Positions 55,787-64,000 of a DNA stretch of 64,000 bases are shown here, in pieces. Source of the stretch: a virus; IMG/VR virus record IMGVR_UViG_3300022745_000020, positions 83,903 to 147,902 of that record, one strand, 5' to 3'. Each line of letters begins with the position of its first letter. Position 1 is the first letter of the stretch. Below the pieces are notes generated by a model. It was not told the origin of the DNA. It did no database searches and was given only the letters and a program-made list of their open reading frames with translations. The translations under genes and the position numbers were made by a program.

Positions 55787-56881
55787 TTACTCTGTCAACA
55801 TAGCCAGTAGATCGGCGATCTTTAGCTGAGTGGAGATGAGTTGATCTCCATAGAGTTTACTCTCTAGAGTAGCAGGTACATGATACTGAGTCAGACTGCG
55901 TTTAAAGTCCGCGAGGTTCATTTTGTTGGTGGAGATCTTTACATCCTCAGGGCGCAGCTCGGTGAGCTTATAGAATTGATCTAGACGCGAGAGTACGAGT
56001 GACCACATCACCTGCTGGGTGTAGAGCATCTCAGGTAAGATCAATGCGTGATGCATCGTGGGTGAGTATAGGCTGGGGATGTTGCTCAGCAGGTGATGGT
56101 ATTCCCCATTGACCTTGGAGAGGTTATACAGGATGCGACTGAGCACTCGATCGAGTTGGGCTTCACAGTCCACCAGAGCCATCGGGGGCGGGTTCAGTAT
56201 CTCATAGTGGGAGATAGATCCATCGGACTTATCAAACAGGCGATTGAGCAGGGCGATCTCCATGTGACTGGGGATCATGTTTGGTAAGACGTACCTAGAT
56301 AGAAAGATCTGCTTACCCGTAGCGTCTTGATTGTGATCGACTGTGAGCATCTGCAAGTAGCAGTGATACTGAATCGCCAGTTTCAGCAAATCGACTGCGA
56401 TGACTGCCATACCCGACTGACTGGAGTGGTCTCTGCCATCGAGGATGGGGATAGAGATGTCGGATTTAGGATGAGTCAGCACAGTGGTGCTGTCGAGGTC
56501 TTGCCAGTGCTCGGCTGCATCGAGTTCATCGAAGCTGCCGATGTAGCCGATATACAGCTCAGTGATGTGGTGATCGTAGAAGTGAGCTGCGCTGGTGTGC
56601 CCAAAACTCACCGAGGTGCTCCACCCGAGTTGAGCAGCATACCTCAGTAGGGTAGGTTTGATGTTAGTGATGTACGCTTGCAGCGGGGCTTGTGCATCCA
56701 GATTCAGCTCACTGAGTAGTCTGATAAACGGATGAGTGGCTTTGACTGGCTTGACCTGATGACGTTGCCAGGCTTGTACCGTGCGTACGTTGTGCTGGAT
56801 GTTTCCACTGACTAAATCCCAGAGACTGGGCTTGAGGATGGCTACAGCCACAGGGCTGACGCTTTCGAACAGATTGATCAT
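55787..56881 (-). CDS. conserved core protein (phiKZ gp52-like by synteny)
   Basis: 364 aa on the opposite strand between DNA polymerase and chimallin. Confidence 0.72.
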   Translation of the reverse strand: MINLFESVSPVAVAILKPSLWDLVSGNIQHNVRTVQAWQRHQVKPVKATHPFIRLLSELNLDAQAPLQAYITNIKPTLLRYAAQLGWSTSVSFGHTSAAHFYDHHITELYIGYIGSFDELDAAEHWQDLDSTTVLTHPKSDISIPILDGRDHSSQSGMAVIAVDLLKLAIQYHCYLQMLTVDHNQDATGKQIFLSRYVLPNMIPSHMEIALLNRLFDKSDGSISHYEILNPPPMALVDCEAQLDRVLSRILYNLSKVNGEYHHLLSNIPSLYSPTMHHALILPEMLYTQQVMWSLVLSRLDQFYKLTELRPEDVKISTNKMNLADFKRSLTQYHVPATLESKLYGDQLISTQLKIADLLAMLTE

Positions 56882-57049
56882 GACTGTTTAAACCTTGTAT
56901 GCTCTTGGGGCCTTGCTACTCAATTCATGTCACAGTGGTAGTATGTATATATCTTATGTAGACGAGGTGTCACAGCCGAGTATGCCGTCAGGGCCTATAT
57001 GGGCTTCTGACGTAAACACCACATACGTCAGGTAGTTATGTCGGGTGTA

Positions 57050-57087
57050 TTGCAGAAATGTACACTCCTATATCATCTACTTGGACA
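57050..57087 (+). promoter_or_regulatory. putative early promoter
   Basis: TTGCAGAAATGTACACTCCTATATCATCTACTTGGA; shares TCCTATATCATCTACTTG exactly with the promoter at 365-397. Confidence 0.75.
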
Positions 57088-57129
57088 CCTACATGTGTAG
57101 AGTGATTCAGTCAATCAACAGGAGAGTAG

Positions 57130-57402
57130 ATGATGGGAATTCAAGCCTACATCACCATCGAAGACATGGTGAAAGCCGGATGTACAGTCACGACCACACA
57201 CCAGATCCATGAGGCTGGTATGGAGGATGAATGGGTGGATATCAATCATGAAGTCACCTTTCCCAATGGGGAGGTGCGCAGCTTTCACGGACTGATTCAT
57301 GACAAGTACACTTGCTGGATCGATGCGAACCACTGGGGTGAAAATCGACGCACGCACCTGAGTCTGCTCGATCAATACGGAATCAGCTATCGCGAGTGGT
57401 GA
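57130..57402 (+). CDS. small acidic hypothetical early protein
   Basis: 90 aa, RBS AGGAG. Confidence 0.78.
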   Translation: MMGIQAYITIEDMVKAGCTVTTTHQIHEAGMEDEWVDINHEVTFPNGEVRSFHGLIHDKYTCWIDANHWGENRRTHLSLLDQYGISYREW

Positions 57403-57496
57403 ACACCTCTGAACTGGACAAACCATGCTCTTGTACCATTACTCCAAAGAACAGTATGACCACCTTCTCACCCCTCACCCATAGGAGATGACGTAA

Positions 57497-57532
57497 TCTA
57501 AAAAATTACAGTCCCATATCATCATAGTGAGC
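57497..57532 (+). promoter_or_regulatory. putative early promoter of chimallin
   Basis: TCTAAAAAATTACAGTCCCATATCATCATAGTGAG; shares AAAAAATTACAGTCC with the promoter at 365. Confidence 0.78.
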
Positions 57533-57646
57533 AAGATCACAACTGTCCTTTAAACGGGATGGTCGAGCTTACTTGCTCTGACGTCAGAAAAAGTGTTTCC
57601 TCTAAGTGTTTGTTTTTCCCCTGTTCTACAGCGAAAGGTCATGACC

Positions 57647-59332
57647 ATGAATACCCCTTCGAACACCGCTCGTTCGTTCTCCACGACTCTGCCGGGCGCC
57701 ATCCTCAGCCTGGGTACTGTCTCGGGTTCCACCCAAGTCGCAGTCGATGCCATCACCAAGTGCATCAATGCCATCAAGCCCCAGATCCCGATGATGGATC
57801 TGGCTGTGGTCGGGCTCGACCGCGCTCAGACTCAACTATACTTCAGCAGCGTGGCCATCGTCGACAAGATCTCGCGCGCCGCGGTGGTCATCTTGCTGGC
57901 GGCTTCGAACAACCCGCTGCCCTGGGTCAACGAGACGGTGCCCAATGGCGTCATCTCCGTGCCGGTGACTCCGGCGGACTCCATCGATAGCCAGTTCTCC
58001 ATCACCGTCAGTCAGACCCTGGGCAACATGTTCGGTAAGGGTGAGGCTCTCACTCTGAACTACCTGGTGGCTCCGCGGGTGCTGCAAATCACCGAGGAGA
58101 CGATGGCTGCATACGTGGTGCAAGCCGCCACCATCATCTATCGCTGCGCCAACCAAGTCGAAGATCTGGATCTGTCGCGCTATGGTGCAGCATCCTTCCT
58201 GGCTGTGAACGCCAGCACCGCAGTGCGTGAAGAGATCGGACTGGATGGCCTGCCGCGCTTTTTCACCCACACCATCACGGTCTCGGGTGGGCAGCAAGCC
58301 GCCGGTGGCAAGAACCGCATCAACGACACCGCTCAGCGCACCATCGTCGAGGTCAACGCCTTTGTCGATGCAGCTTGGGCACCGGGCCCTCGCGGTGGTG
58401 TGCAAGGTGCGCCGATTGCCCACTATATCCCTCGCGCTATCTTGCGCCAAGGTCGCAACAACGCAGGCAACTCGATCGAGTCGCATCTGCTGGGACTGGC
58501 CGCAGCCACTTGCCTGGGTAACCAACAAGCTTGGGCTGCTCAGTATCTGGGACGTCACCCCCTGCTCAACGTCGGCGCGCTGCTGAGCGATCCGTCTATC
58601 GCGGGTAAGACCCTGGATACGACGGCGGCAGACGTCACCATCGAAGACATGTACAAGCTCATCGGTGAGCTGTTCCAGCCGACGATGGTGTACTCGATGG
58701 CGATCCCGCGCTACTCCATCACGGCCATCGGGCAAGAGGTCTTCGTTGCTGCATCTCGCGGTAACGCTGATGCGAATGCGGAAATCATCGCCTCAGCCAA
58801 CCGTCTGACGGGAGGCCACTTCGGTACATTCTTCCGTGGCACTCGCACGGTGGTGGTCAATGGCAGTCCTGATAACGGCAATGACGATGTCATGGCCGTG
58901 GGCACGTGGCTCGACAACGAGCAGCGCCTGAACAGCACTGGCAAGATCGACAACGTGGTGGGCTTCATGTGCCGAGCTGGTGATCAAGGCGCAGGTGCTT
59001 TGAGCGCCTACACCGAGACCAAGATGACCTCCAGTGGTCCGGCTCGCGTACGTCTGGCCAAGACGCAAGCGCTGCTTCATCAACTCACGGGCGGCTACCC
59101 CATCGAGATCCATGACGTCGAGCGTCTGGTGACCTTCACTCGTGAGTTCATCGACGCGCTGAGCCAAGCTGTGCAGGCTTGCACCATCAAGCTCAACGTC
59201 AATATCACCAACCCGATGACCAATGTCCAGATGCGTCCGTCGTTCACTCAGGCATTTGACCTGTCGGTCGTGGGCGTGAGTGGTGGTATGCAGCAGCGCG
59301 CTGCGAGCTACCAGGGCGGCGTGAGCTGGTAA
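57647..59332 (+). CDS. chmA: chimallin, major phage-nucleus shell protein
   Basis: Position between the DNA pol/gp52-like genes and the nvRNAP beta'; motif series VNAFVD..WAP, YIPR, LLGLAAATCL...AWA, NVGAL, ANRLTGGHF..FF, RLVTF..EFIDAL..A...C; early promoter; high-expression codon bias. Confidence 0.87.
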   Translation: MNTPSNTARSFSTTLPGAILSLGTVSGSTQVAVDAITKCINAIKPQIPMMDLAVVGLDRAQTQLYFSSVAIVDKISRAAVVILLAASNNPLPWVNETVPNGVISVPVTPADSIDSQFSITVSQTLGNMFGKGEALTLNYLVAPRVLQITEETMAAYVVQAATIIYRCANQVEDLDLSRYGAASFLAVNASTAVREEIGLDGLPRFFTHTITVSGGQQAAGGKNRINDTAQRTIVEVNAFVDAAWAPGPRGGVQGAPIAHYIPRAILRQGRNNAGNSIESHLLGLAAATCLGNQQAWAAQYLGRHPLLNVGALLSDPSIAGKTLDTTAADVTIEDMYKLIGELFQPTMVYSMAIPRYSITAIGQEVFVAASRGNADANAEIIASANRLTGGHFGTFFRGTRTVVVNGSPDNGNDDVMAVGTWLDNEQRLNSTGKIDNVVGFMCRAGDQGAGALSAYTETKMTSSGPARVRLAKTQALLHQLTGGYPIEIHDVERLVTFTREFIDALSQAVQACTIKLNVNITNPMTNVQMRPSFTQAFDLSVVGVSGGMQQRAASYQGGVSW

Positions 59333-59352
59333 GGTGATTTGAAAAGGGACGC

Positions 59353-59438
59353 AGTCACATCTTCACGGATGTGACTAGTCATAGCACAGTGAGTGTATGA
59401 GGGGATGACCCTCATACACTCACTATTCTTTTTTTTTT
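59353..59438 (+). terminator. two tandem hairpins plus T-run after chmA
   Basis: AGTCACATC/GATGTGACT and AGTGAGTGTATGAGGG/CCCTCATACACTCACT, then a T tract. Confidence 0.8.
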
Positions 59439-59492
59439 GTCACGTTTGAAAAAATAGAGTCTAGCTCAATAAGATACAATGGGTGTGGTCAC

Positions 59493-59528
59493 TGCAGAAA
59501 GTTTCAAACATATATTATCTATTTGCAG
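59493..59528 (+). promoter_or_regulatory. putative early promoter of the nvRNAP operon
   Basis: TGCAGAAAGTTTCAAACATATATTATCTATTTGCAG; core TATATTAT at 59511-59518. Confidence 0.72.
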
Positions 59529-59567
59529 TGCTGTGTAAGTGTCATCAACAAAAGGAGTACCCTTACT

Positions 59568-61082
59568 ATGGGAATCGGCATCGTACAGATCAATCAAGAG
59601 CGTGACATCTTCAACCACATCAAAGAACCTGTCATCTTCCTCAATGACATCCCAACGACCAATGAATCCGATCGAGAAGCTGGAGCTAAACTCACCAGCA
59701 TCACCTTTGCTCACGATGATAGCTTTGATGTAGTGCCCACTTGTGGGTGCGGGAAGTACAAAGGTGTGGTCTATATGGACGTGGTGTGTGAGCAATGTAA
59801 CACCAAAGTCACGGATCTGCTCAGTGAGGACCTCACGCCCAAGGTGTGGATCCGCACTCCCTTGAAGGTCAGTGGACTGATTAATCCACACGCACTGACT
59901 CTGATGCAGACGACCTTTAAGATCAAGACATTCAAGATCGTACAGTGGCTCATCGATACCACGTATAATCCGAGGAACGTAGCGGATTTGAACTTGAGGG
60001 CTTTCGAAGAGATGGGGGTCTCACGGGGATACAACTTCTTCTTCGAGAACTTCGAGTTGTGTATCCAAGCCATCCGTACGTTTTTATTTCGCTATCGGGG
60101 CGTGTTGCGCAAGCGTGAGCGCAATCCCAACTATATCCTGGAGAAAGCCGACCAGACCATCGATGATCTGGCTGAGCTGATGCTCCAAGATGCCAATACC
60201 GTACGCACTCAATATATCGCAGTGCCCAATAAGTCCATGATGATCATCGAGAGTACGGCCACAGGCACATACATCGACCCCATCGTCGTGGCAGCCAAAG
60301 ATGCCATCAACATGGTCACAGGCATAGATACTTCACTGTTTGTGAATCAATCTCAGCGCCTGCGCGAGAACCGAGTGGCTAAGATACTGCTGAAGTTGAG
60401 TGAATACTATTCAAGTTACATCTCGACGGCTTTGGTGAAAAAGGGCGGCGCGTTTCGCAGACAAGTCTATGGCTTTCGCACGCACATGTCCATGCGAGCG
60501 GTGATCACCGCACTGACTAAGCCGCATAAGTACAACGAGTTGCATCTGCCGTGGGGGCGCAGTCTGGTGACGTTCTATCTGCACATCTCCAACGAGTTGT
60601 TTCGCAGAGGTTATCAGGAAAACGAGATCCATGAGCGCATCAGCCGTGCTCACTTTCACTACGATCCGCTGATTCGGGAGATCTTCGATACCATCTTGGC
60701 TGACTACGGCGGTGAGATCCCTTTCTACTGGAATCGAAACCCCTCACTGCATCGAGGCTCGTGTGAGCTGATGATGGTCACTCAGATCAAATCCGATATC
60801 GATGACTACACCATCAGCCATCCAGCGACCAACGTGGCTGCATTCAATGCCGACTATGACGGCGACCAGATGACAGGTGTAGTGCTCGATAAGTACCAAG
60901 CCAGGCTGGCTGCTGGGCTCAGACCGCATCACTCTGTGGCCGATCTCAATAAGGTCAATAAGATCGGCAATCAGATCGCACTGCCTCGACCGTTCCTGTA
61001 CACGGTCTTTAAGTGGTGGCGCGATGCCGATCGCAATCGCACACCAGAGCAAGAGAAGTTCTTGCAAGCTCTGTACGATTGA
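59568..61082 (+). CDS. non-virion RNA polymerase beta'-like subunit (phiKZ gp55-like)
   Basis: Zn site CGCG...CEQC, KKGGAFR, RAVIT, NRNPSLHRGS and catalytic NADYDGD (60846-60866); RBS AAGGAG. Confidence 0.93.
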   Translation: MGIGIVQINQERDIFNHIKEPVIFLNDIPTTNESDREAGAKLTSITFAHDDSFDVVPTCGCGKYKGVVYMDVVCEQCNTKVTDLLSEDLTPKVWIRTPLKVSGLINPHALTLMQTTFKIKTFKIVQWLIDTTYNPRNVADLNLRAFEEMGVSRGYNFFFENFELCIQAIRTFLFRYRGVLRKRERNPNYILEKADQTIDDLAELMLQDANTVRTQYIAVPNKSMMIIESTATGTYIDPIVVAAKDAINMVTGIDTSLFVNQSQRLRENRVAKILLKLSEYYSSYISTALVKKGGAFRRQVYGFRTHMSMRAVITALTKPHKYNELHLPWGRSLVTFYLHISNELFRRGYQENEIHERISRAHFHYDPLIREIFDTILADYGGEIPFYWNRNPSLHRGSCELMMVTQIKSDIDDYTISHPATNVAAFNADYDGDQMTGVVLDKYQARLAAGLRPHHSVADLNKVNKIGNQIALPRPFLYTVFKWWRDADRNRTPEQEKFLQALYD

Positions 61083-61127
61083 TCTATCCCACACACACAT
61101 ACGAGCGAGAAAAGGAGAATCTCAAAA

Positions 61128-61715
61128 ATGAATCCTGCAGATGAACTAGCCGATGCATTGTTATTTCCCACGATGCTGCAAAGCAATGTGGATTATCTAC
61201 GTAGCCAGTTTGCACACATCTCCACCATCACCGATCCCGTGCAGCAGCAATTCCTGCAACAAGCACGCGCTGCGATGGAGGCCAATTACGGACTAGAGGC
61301 TCAGCTGCGCAAGCAACGCCTAGTCATGGAGAATCTAGGGTCTGGCTATGCCAGCAACAGCACCATCTTGCCGCTGCAAGACATCGACGACTTCCAAAAC
61401 GCCAGTCTGCTCATGCAGCAGTACATCATGGCGTGCCCCGCTGTGCATGAGAAGTACACCTCTCAGCAAATCGAGGGATACTATCAAACATACGTCGATC
61501 CCTGTATCGATATGCCACTGTGGAGCAATCCCTATCACCAGCAAATCGCTGATGGTCTGGTCATGGAAGATGGCACGGTATCTCACATCGCCGATGAAGA
61601 TATTCCCAAGCTCAGTATGGCTGAGTATATGACTGTACTCACTGTGTGGGACAACGCAGAGGCCCTACTGCAGGGTCAGTACGACCCCACCAGTCCCACT
61701 AATGCGCAGATCTAA
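61128..61715 (+). CDS. conserved core hypothetical protein
   Basis: 195 aa; MQQYIMACP..EGY and DPTS motifs; RBS AAGGAG. Confidence 0.8.
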   Translation: MNPADELADALLFPTMLQSNVDYLRSQFAHISTITDPVQQQFLQQARAAMEANYGLEAQLRKQRLVMENLGSGYASNSTILPLQDIDDFQNASLLMQQYIMACPAVHEKYTSQQIEGYYQTYVDPCIDMPLWSNPYHQQIADGLVMEDGTVSHIADEDIPKLSMAEYMTVLTVWDNAEALLQGQYDPTSPTNAQI

Positions 61716-61748
61716 ATACAGTGATCTGTCTTTTACTGAGAGTGAGTT

Positions 61749-62147
61749 ATGCGCAATGTACCTGTCCCATCGATGAGCACTGCTGGATGGATCAATGACC
61801 CCACCAGCAAGCTCGATCGACTGCTGTCGTATTACTTCACGAGTCTGCGAGACCAAGATGCACTGCATCGTGATGTGATCAAGTCTGCTCAGTATGACTT
61901 GGCTGTGAGCTCCTACAAGCCCAGCGCTGCTGTGGATACGATGGCTGACTCCATCAAGACACTGATGAGTCCATACTTCAGCAGTGTGACTGTCTCAGTC
62001 ACCACCAATGCTGATACAGTAGCCGACAGTCAAGCTACTGTCTTTATTGTGATTGAGTTCAGCGACACTGGCTACACCGACATGGTGTCGTATGTGTACG
62101 ATCCACGACTGATGAAATTCACCAAGGTGGTGGATCAGCTCCAGTAG
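61749..62147 (+). CDS. conserved core hypothetical protein
   Basis: 132 aa; PSMSTAGWI..P..K.D.LLSY N-terminus. Confidence 0.75.
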   Translation: MRNVPVPSMSTAGWINDPTSKLDRLLSYYFTSLRDQDALHRDVIKSAQYDLAVSSYKPSAAVDTMADSIKTLMSPYFSSVTVSVTTNADTVADSQATVFIVIEFSDTGYTDMVSYVYDPRLMKFTKVVDQLQ

Positions 62148-62190
62148 GATCGAGGAGAGTGAAAAAGCAAACTGTGAGCAAATGACATAG

Positions 62191-62240
62191 CACCTGACCT
62201 GAGGAGATACACTCCCTCAGGTCAGGTGATGTTTCTTTTT
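62191..62240 (+). terminator. hairpin plus T-run
   Basis: CACCTGACCTGAGG-agatacactc-CCTCAGGTCAGGTG. Confidence 0.75.
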
Positions 62241-62262
62241 GACTCTAAACATGAGGGTAGAC

Positions 62263-62796
62263 ATGGCCGATACCATCCGCGATATCAATCGCCGTAATTT
62301 GGATAAGCGCAACAGTGGGTTGCTCGAAGTCATCAAAGATAATAAGTATGTCAATGTGCGCACACTCACAGAGGCCAACTTCATCAAGTTCTTCTTACCT
62401 TACTTCAGTGGTAAGGTGGCAGTCACCAAAGAAGTGATCGATGCATGGGGCACCATCGCAGGAGAACTCGATCGCCCAGTCGATCTGATCGATGCAGCTG
62501 GGCAGATCATCGCTCGTGTACCTCCAGTAGTGAGTGTCGATGCGTATGTACCCATCGTCACTCGTCGTGTGGGTATCCACCATGAACTCGAGCTTTCCAC
62601 CAAAGGCTCTATGCCCATGGGGGAGAATTACATGTACGCTGCTCTGACTCAGCGCCTAAAGCAGATGTATAAGCAGGGTGATAAAAGCCAGCAAGAAAAG
62701 CAATGGGCAACATTTCTAAAGCGCTACGGCATCGATGTAGATACTGCGGCAGCACCGACTGGCAGCGATCCCGATGACCTCGAATATGAGTACTGA
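62263..62796 (+). CDS. conserved core hypothetical protein
   Basis: RBS GAGGG; E..F...FLP.F.G, W..IAG....PV, VPP motifs. Confidence 0.78.
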   Translation: MADTIRDINRRNLDKRNSGLLEVIKDNKYVNVRTLTEANFIKFFLPYFSGKVAVTKEVIDAWGTIAGELDRPVDLIDAAGQIIARVPPVVSVDAYVPIVTRRVGIHHELELSTKGSMPMGENYMYAALTQRLKQMYKQGDKSQQEKQWATFLKRYGIDVDTAAAPTGSDPDDLEYEY

Positions 62797-63961
62797 GTAT
62801 AGCCGACAGCCCAAGCATGATGGGTATATCCACGTGGCTTGTGTATCTGATATCCACCTGGAGAGTAAGCGCACACCCACGGACTTGATCATTCGAAACT
62901 TAAACACCTATTTGACCAACGATCGGGTGTTTAAAGACTTGGATGTGCTGTTCCTAGCAGGAGACGTGTTTGACAACAACATCGCCCTATCTAGACCTCA
63001 CTGCACATCGGTGATGTCATGGATGCAGCATCTGATCTTGTTGAGCATCAAGCACAAGGTGTGTGTGCGGGTGTTGGAGGGCACTCCCTCTCACGATCGC
63101 GCTCAGAGTAGGCACTTCATCACCAAGCGAGATGATATTTATCATGCCGTAGGTGTGAGGGCCGATATCGAGTACTTCGATACGCTCAGTGTAGAGGCTT
63201 TGGTGTTCACCAATCGCACTTTGCAAGTGCTCTATGTCCCCGATGAGTGGGGACCTGCTCAGTCTACGCTGGAGCAAGTCGATGAACTCATGCACTCCAG
63301 AGGTCTGAATCGATTCGATTTGGCTGTCATGCATGGGACTTTTGATTTTCAAAACCCCATCATTGCGCATCACGCGGGCACTCACAAGTCCGAGGAGTAC
63401 AGCAAGCGCGCTAAGTTGATATTCATTGGCCATGAGCACACTGCACGCACTCAGGGCAATATCATCGCTCAGGGCAGTTTCGATCGCCTAGAGCATGGTC
63501 AGGAGCAACCCAAGGGCTATATCCGAGTCAAGATCTTAGAAGACGACTCTTATATCGCTCAGAGGGTGGTGAATAAAACAGCCGCTGTCTTTAAGACGAT
63601 CATCTGTAAGAGCGATGATGTTGAGGCCATGTACGAGGATGTCCACGCCACAGCCAGGTCTTTGGAAGACGGCTCTCATGTGTGCATAGAGACATTCAAG
63701 TCCAGTGCGATGGCTCAGTCTCTGACTTATTTTGAGCGCAACTATCCCCAACATGTATGGAAGCTGTCTCTAAAGGACAGTAAAGCCTCTAAGGAGATAC
63801 TGGCTGACGCCACCCTCACTCAGATACCTTCTTCCATCGTTCTCAATGAGCATACCTTACTGGGGCTGTGCGAGCAGCAAGCAAAATTCAAGTGTGTGGC
63901 CGATGGTGATATCGCTGGGGTGTTAGATATCATCAAACAGGTCATGCAGACATCAAAATAA
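62786..63961 (+). CDS. SbcD/Mre11-like metallophosphoesterase nuclease
   Basis: SDIH, AGDVFD, GTPSHD, MHG, GHEH and GSFDRL motifs. Confidence 0.88.
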   Translation: MSTEYSRQPKHDGYIHVACVSDIHLESKRTPTDLIIRNLNTYLTNDRVFKDLDVLFLAGDVFDNNIALSRPHCTSVMSWMQHLILLSIKHKVCVRVLEGTPSHDRAQSRHFITKRDDIYHAVGVRADIEYFDTLSVEALVFTNRTLQVLYVPDEWGPAQSTLEQVDELMHSRGLNRFDLAVMHGTFDFQNPIIAHHAGTHKSEEYSKRAKLIFIGHEHTARTQGNIIAQGSFDRLEHGQEQPKGYIRVKILEDDSYIAQRVVNKTAAVFKTIICKSDDVEAMYEDVHATARSLEDGSHVCIETFKSSAMAQSLTYFERNYPQHVWKLSLKDSKASKEILADATLTQIPSSIVLNEHTLLGLCEQQAKFKCVADGDIAGVLDIIKQVMQTSK

Positions 63962-63988
63962 ACCCGATAGTCTCTCGAAAGGAGTATC

Positions 63989-64000
63989 ATGATCACCGAT
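63989..64000 (+). CDS. start of next gene (truncated by window edge)
   Basis: RBS AAAGGAG then ATG ATC ACC GAT. Confidence 0.5.

Noticed and set aside
57836-58735. 299-aa minus-strand ORF inside chmA (and the similar 43675-44601)
   Set aside because: Antisense shadows of codon-biased real genes
1-64000. Genome-wide stop-codon reassignment suggested by the TAG at 32398
   Set aside because: All large core genes translate full-length in the standard code, and TAG ends genes such as 61749-62147 at sensible positions
1-64000. CRISPR array or tRNA genes
   Set aside because: No regularly spaced direct repeats and no cloverleaf with T-loop consensus seen by eye; tRNAscan-SE or ARAGORN would be needed to be certain

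Overview
64 kb of a phiKZ-like, nucleus-forming jumbo phage (Chimalliviridae-type), more GC-rich than phiKZ itself. Assignments rest on motifs and recalled phiKZ synteny, since no database search was possible. Left to right: early and hypothetical genes; a virion block (gp182-like protein, a 2530-aa tail protein with M15-type peptidase and SLT domains, virion RNAP beta' and beta subunits, gp177/gp176-like genes); an 11-kb island of small early genes (including NTase-like and GNAT-like proteins); head-maturation protease; tail tube and sheath; three virion proteins; large terminase; an array of small genes; family-B DNA polymerase; chimallin (ChmA); non-virion RNAP beta' subunit; and an SbcD/Mre11-like nuclease. 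Non-coding signals include about 11 copies of an early-promoter motif and about 20 long intergenic hairpins. Two candidate regulatory RNAs stand out. The first is a ~125-nt terminated unit upstream of the DNA polymerase gene, whose C/U tract is complementary to that gene's own RBS and start codon. The second is a multibranched, possibly switchable RNA at 35.0-35.3 kb. No tRNA, CRISPR array, intron or PhuZ gene was recognised in the window.
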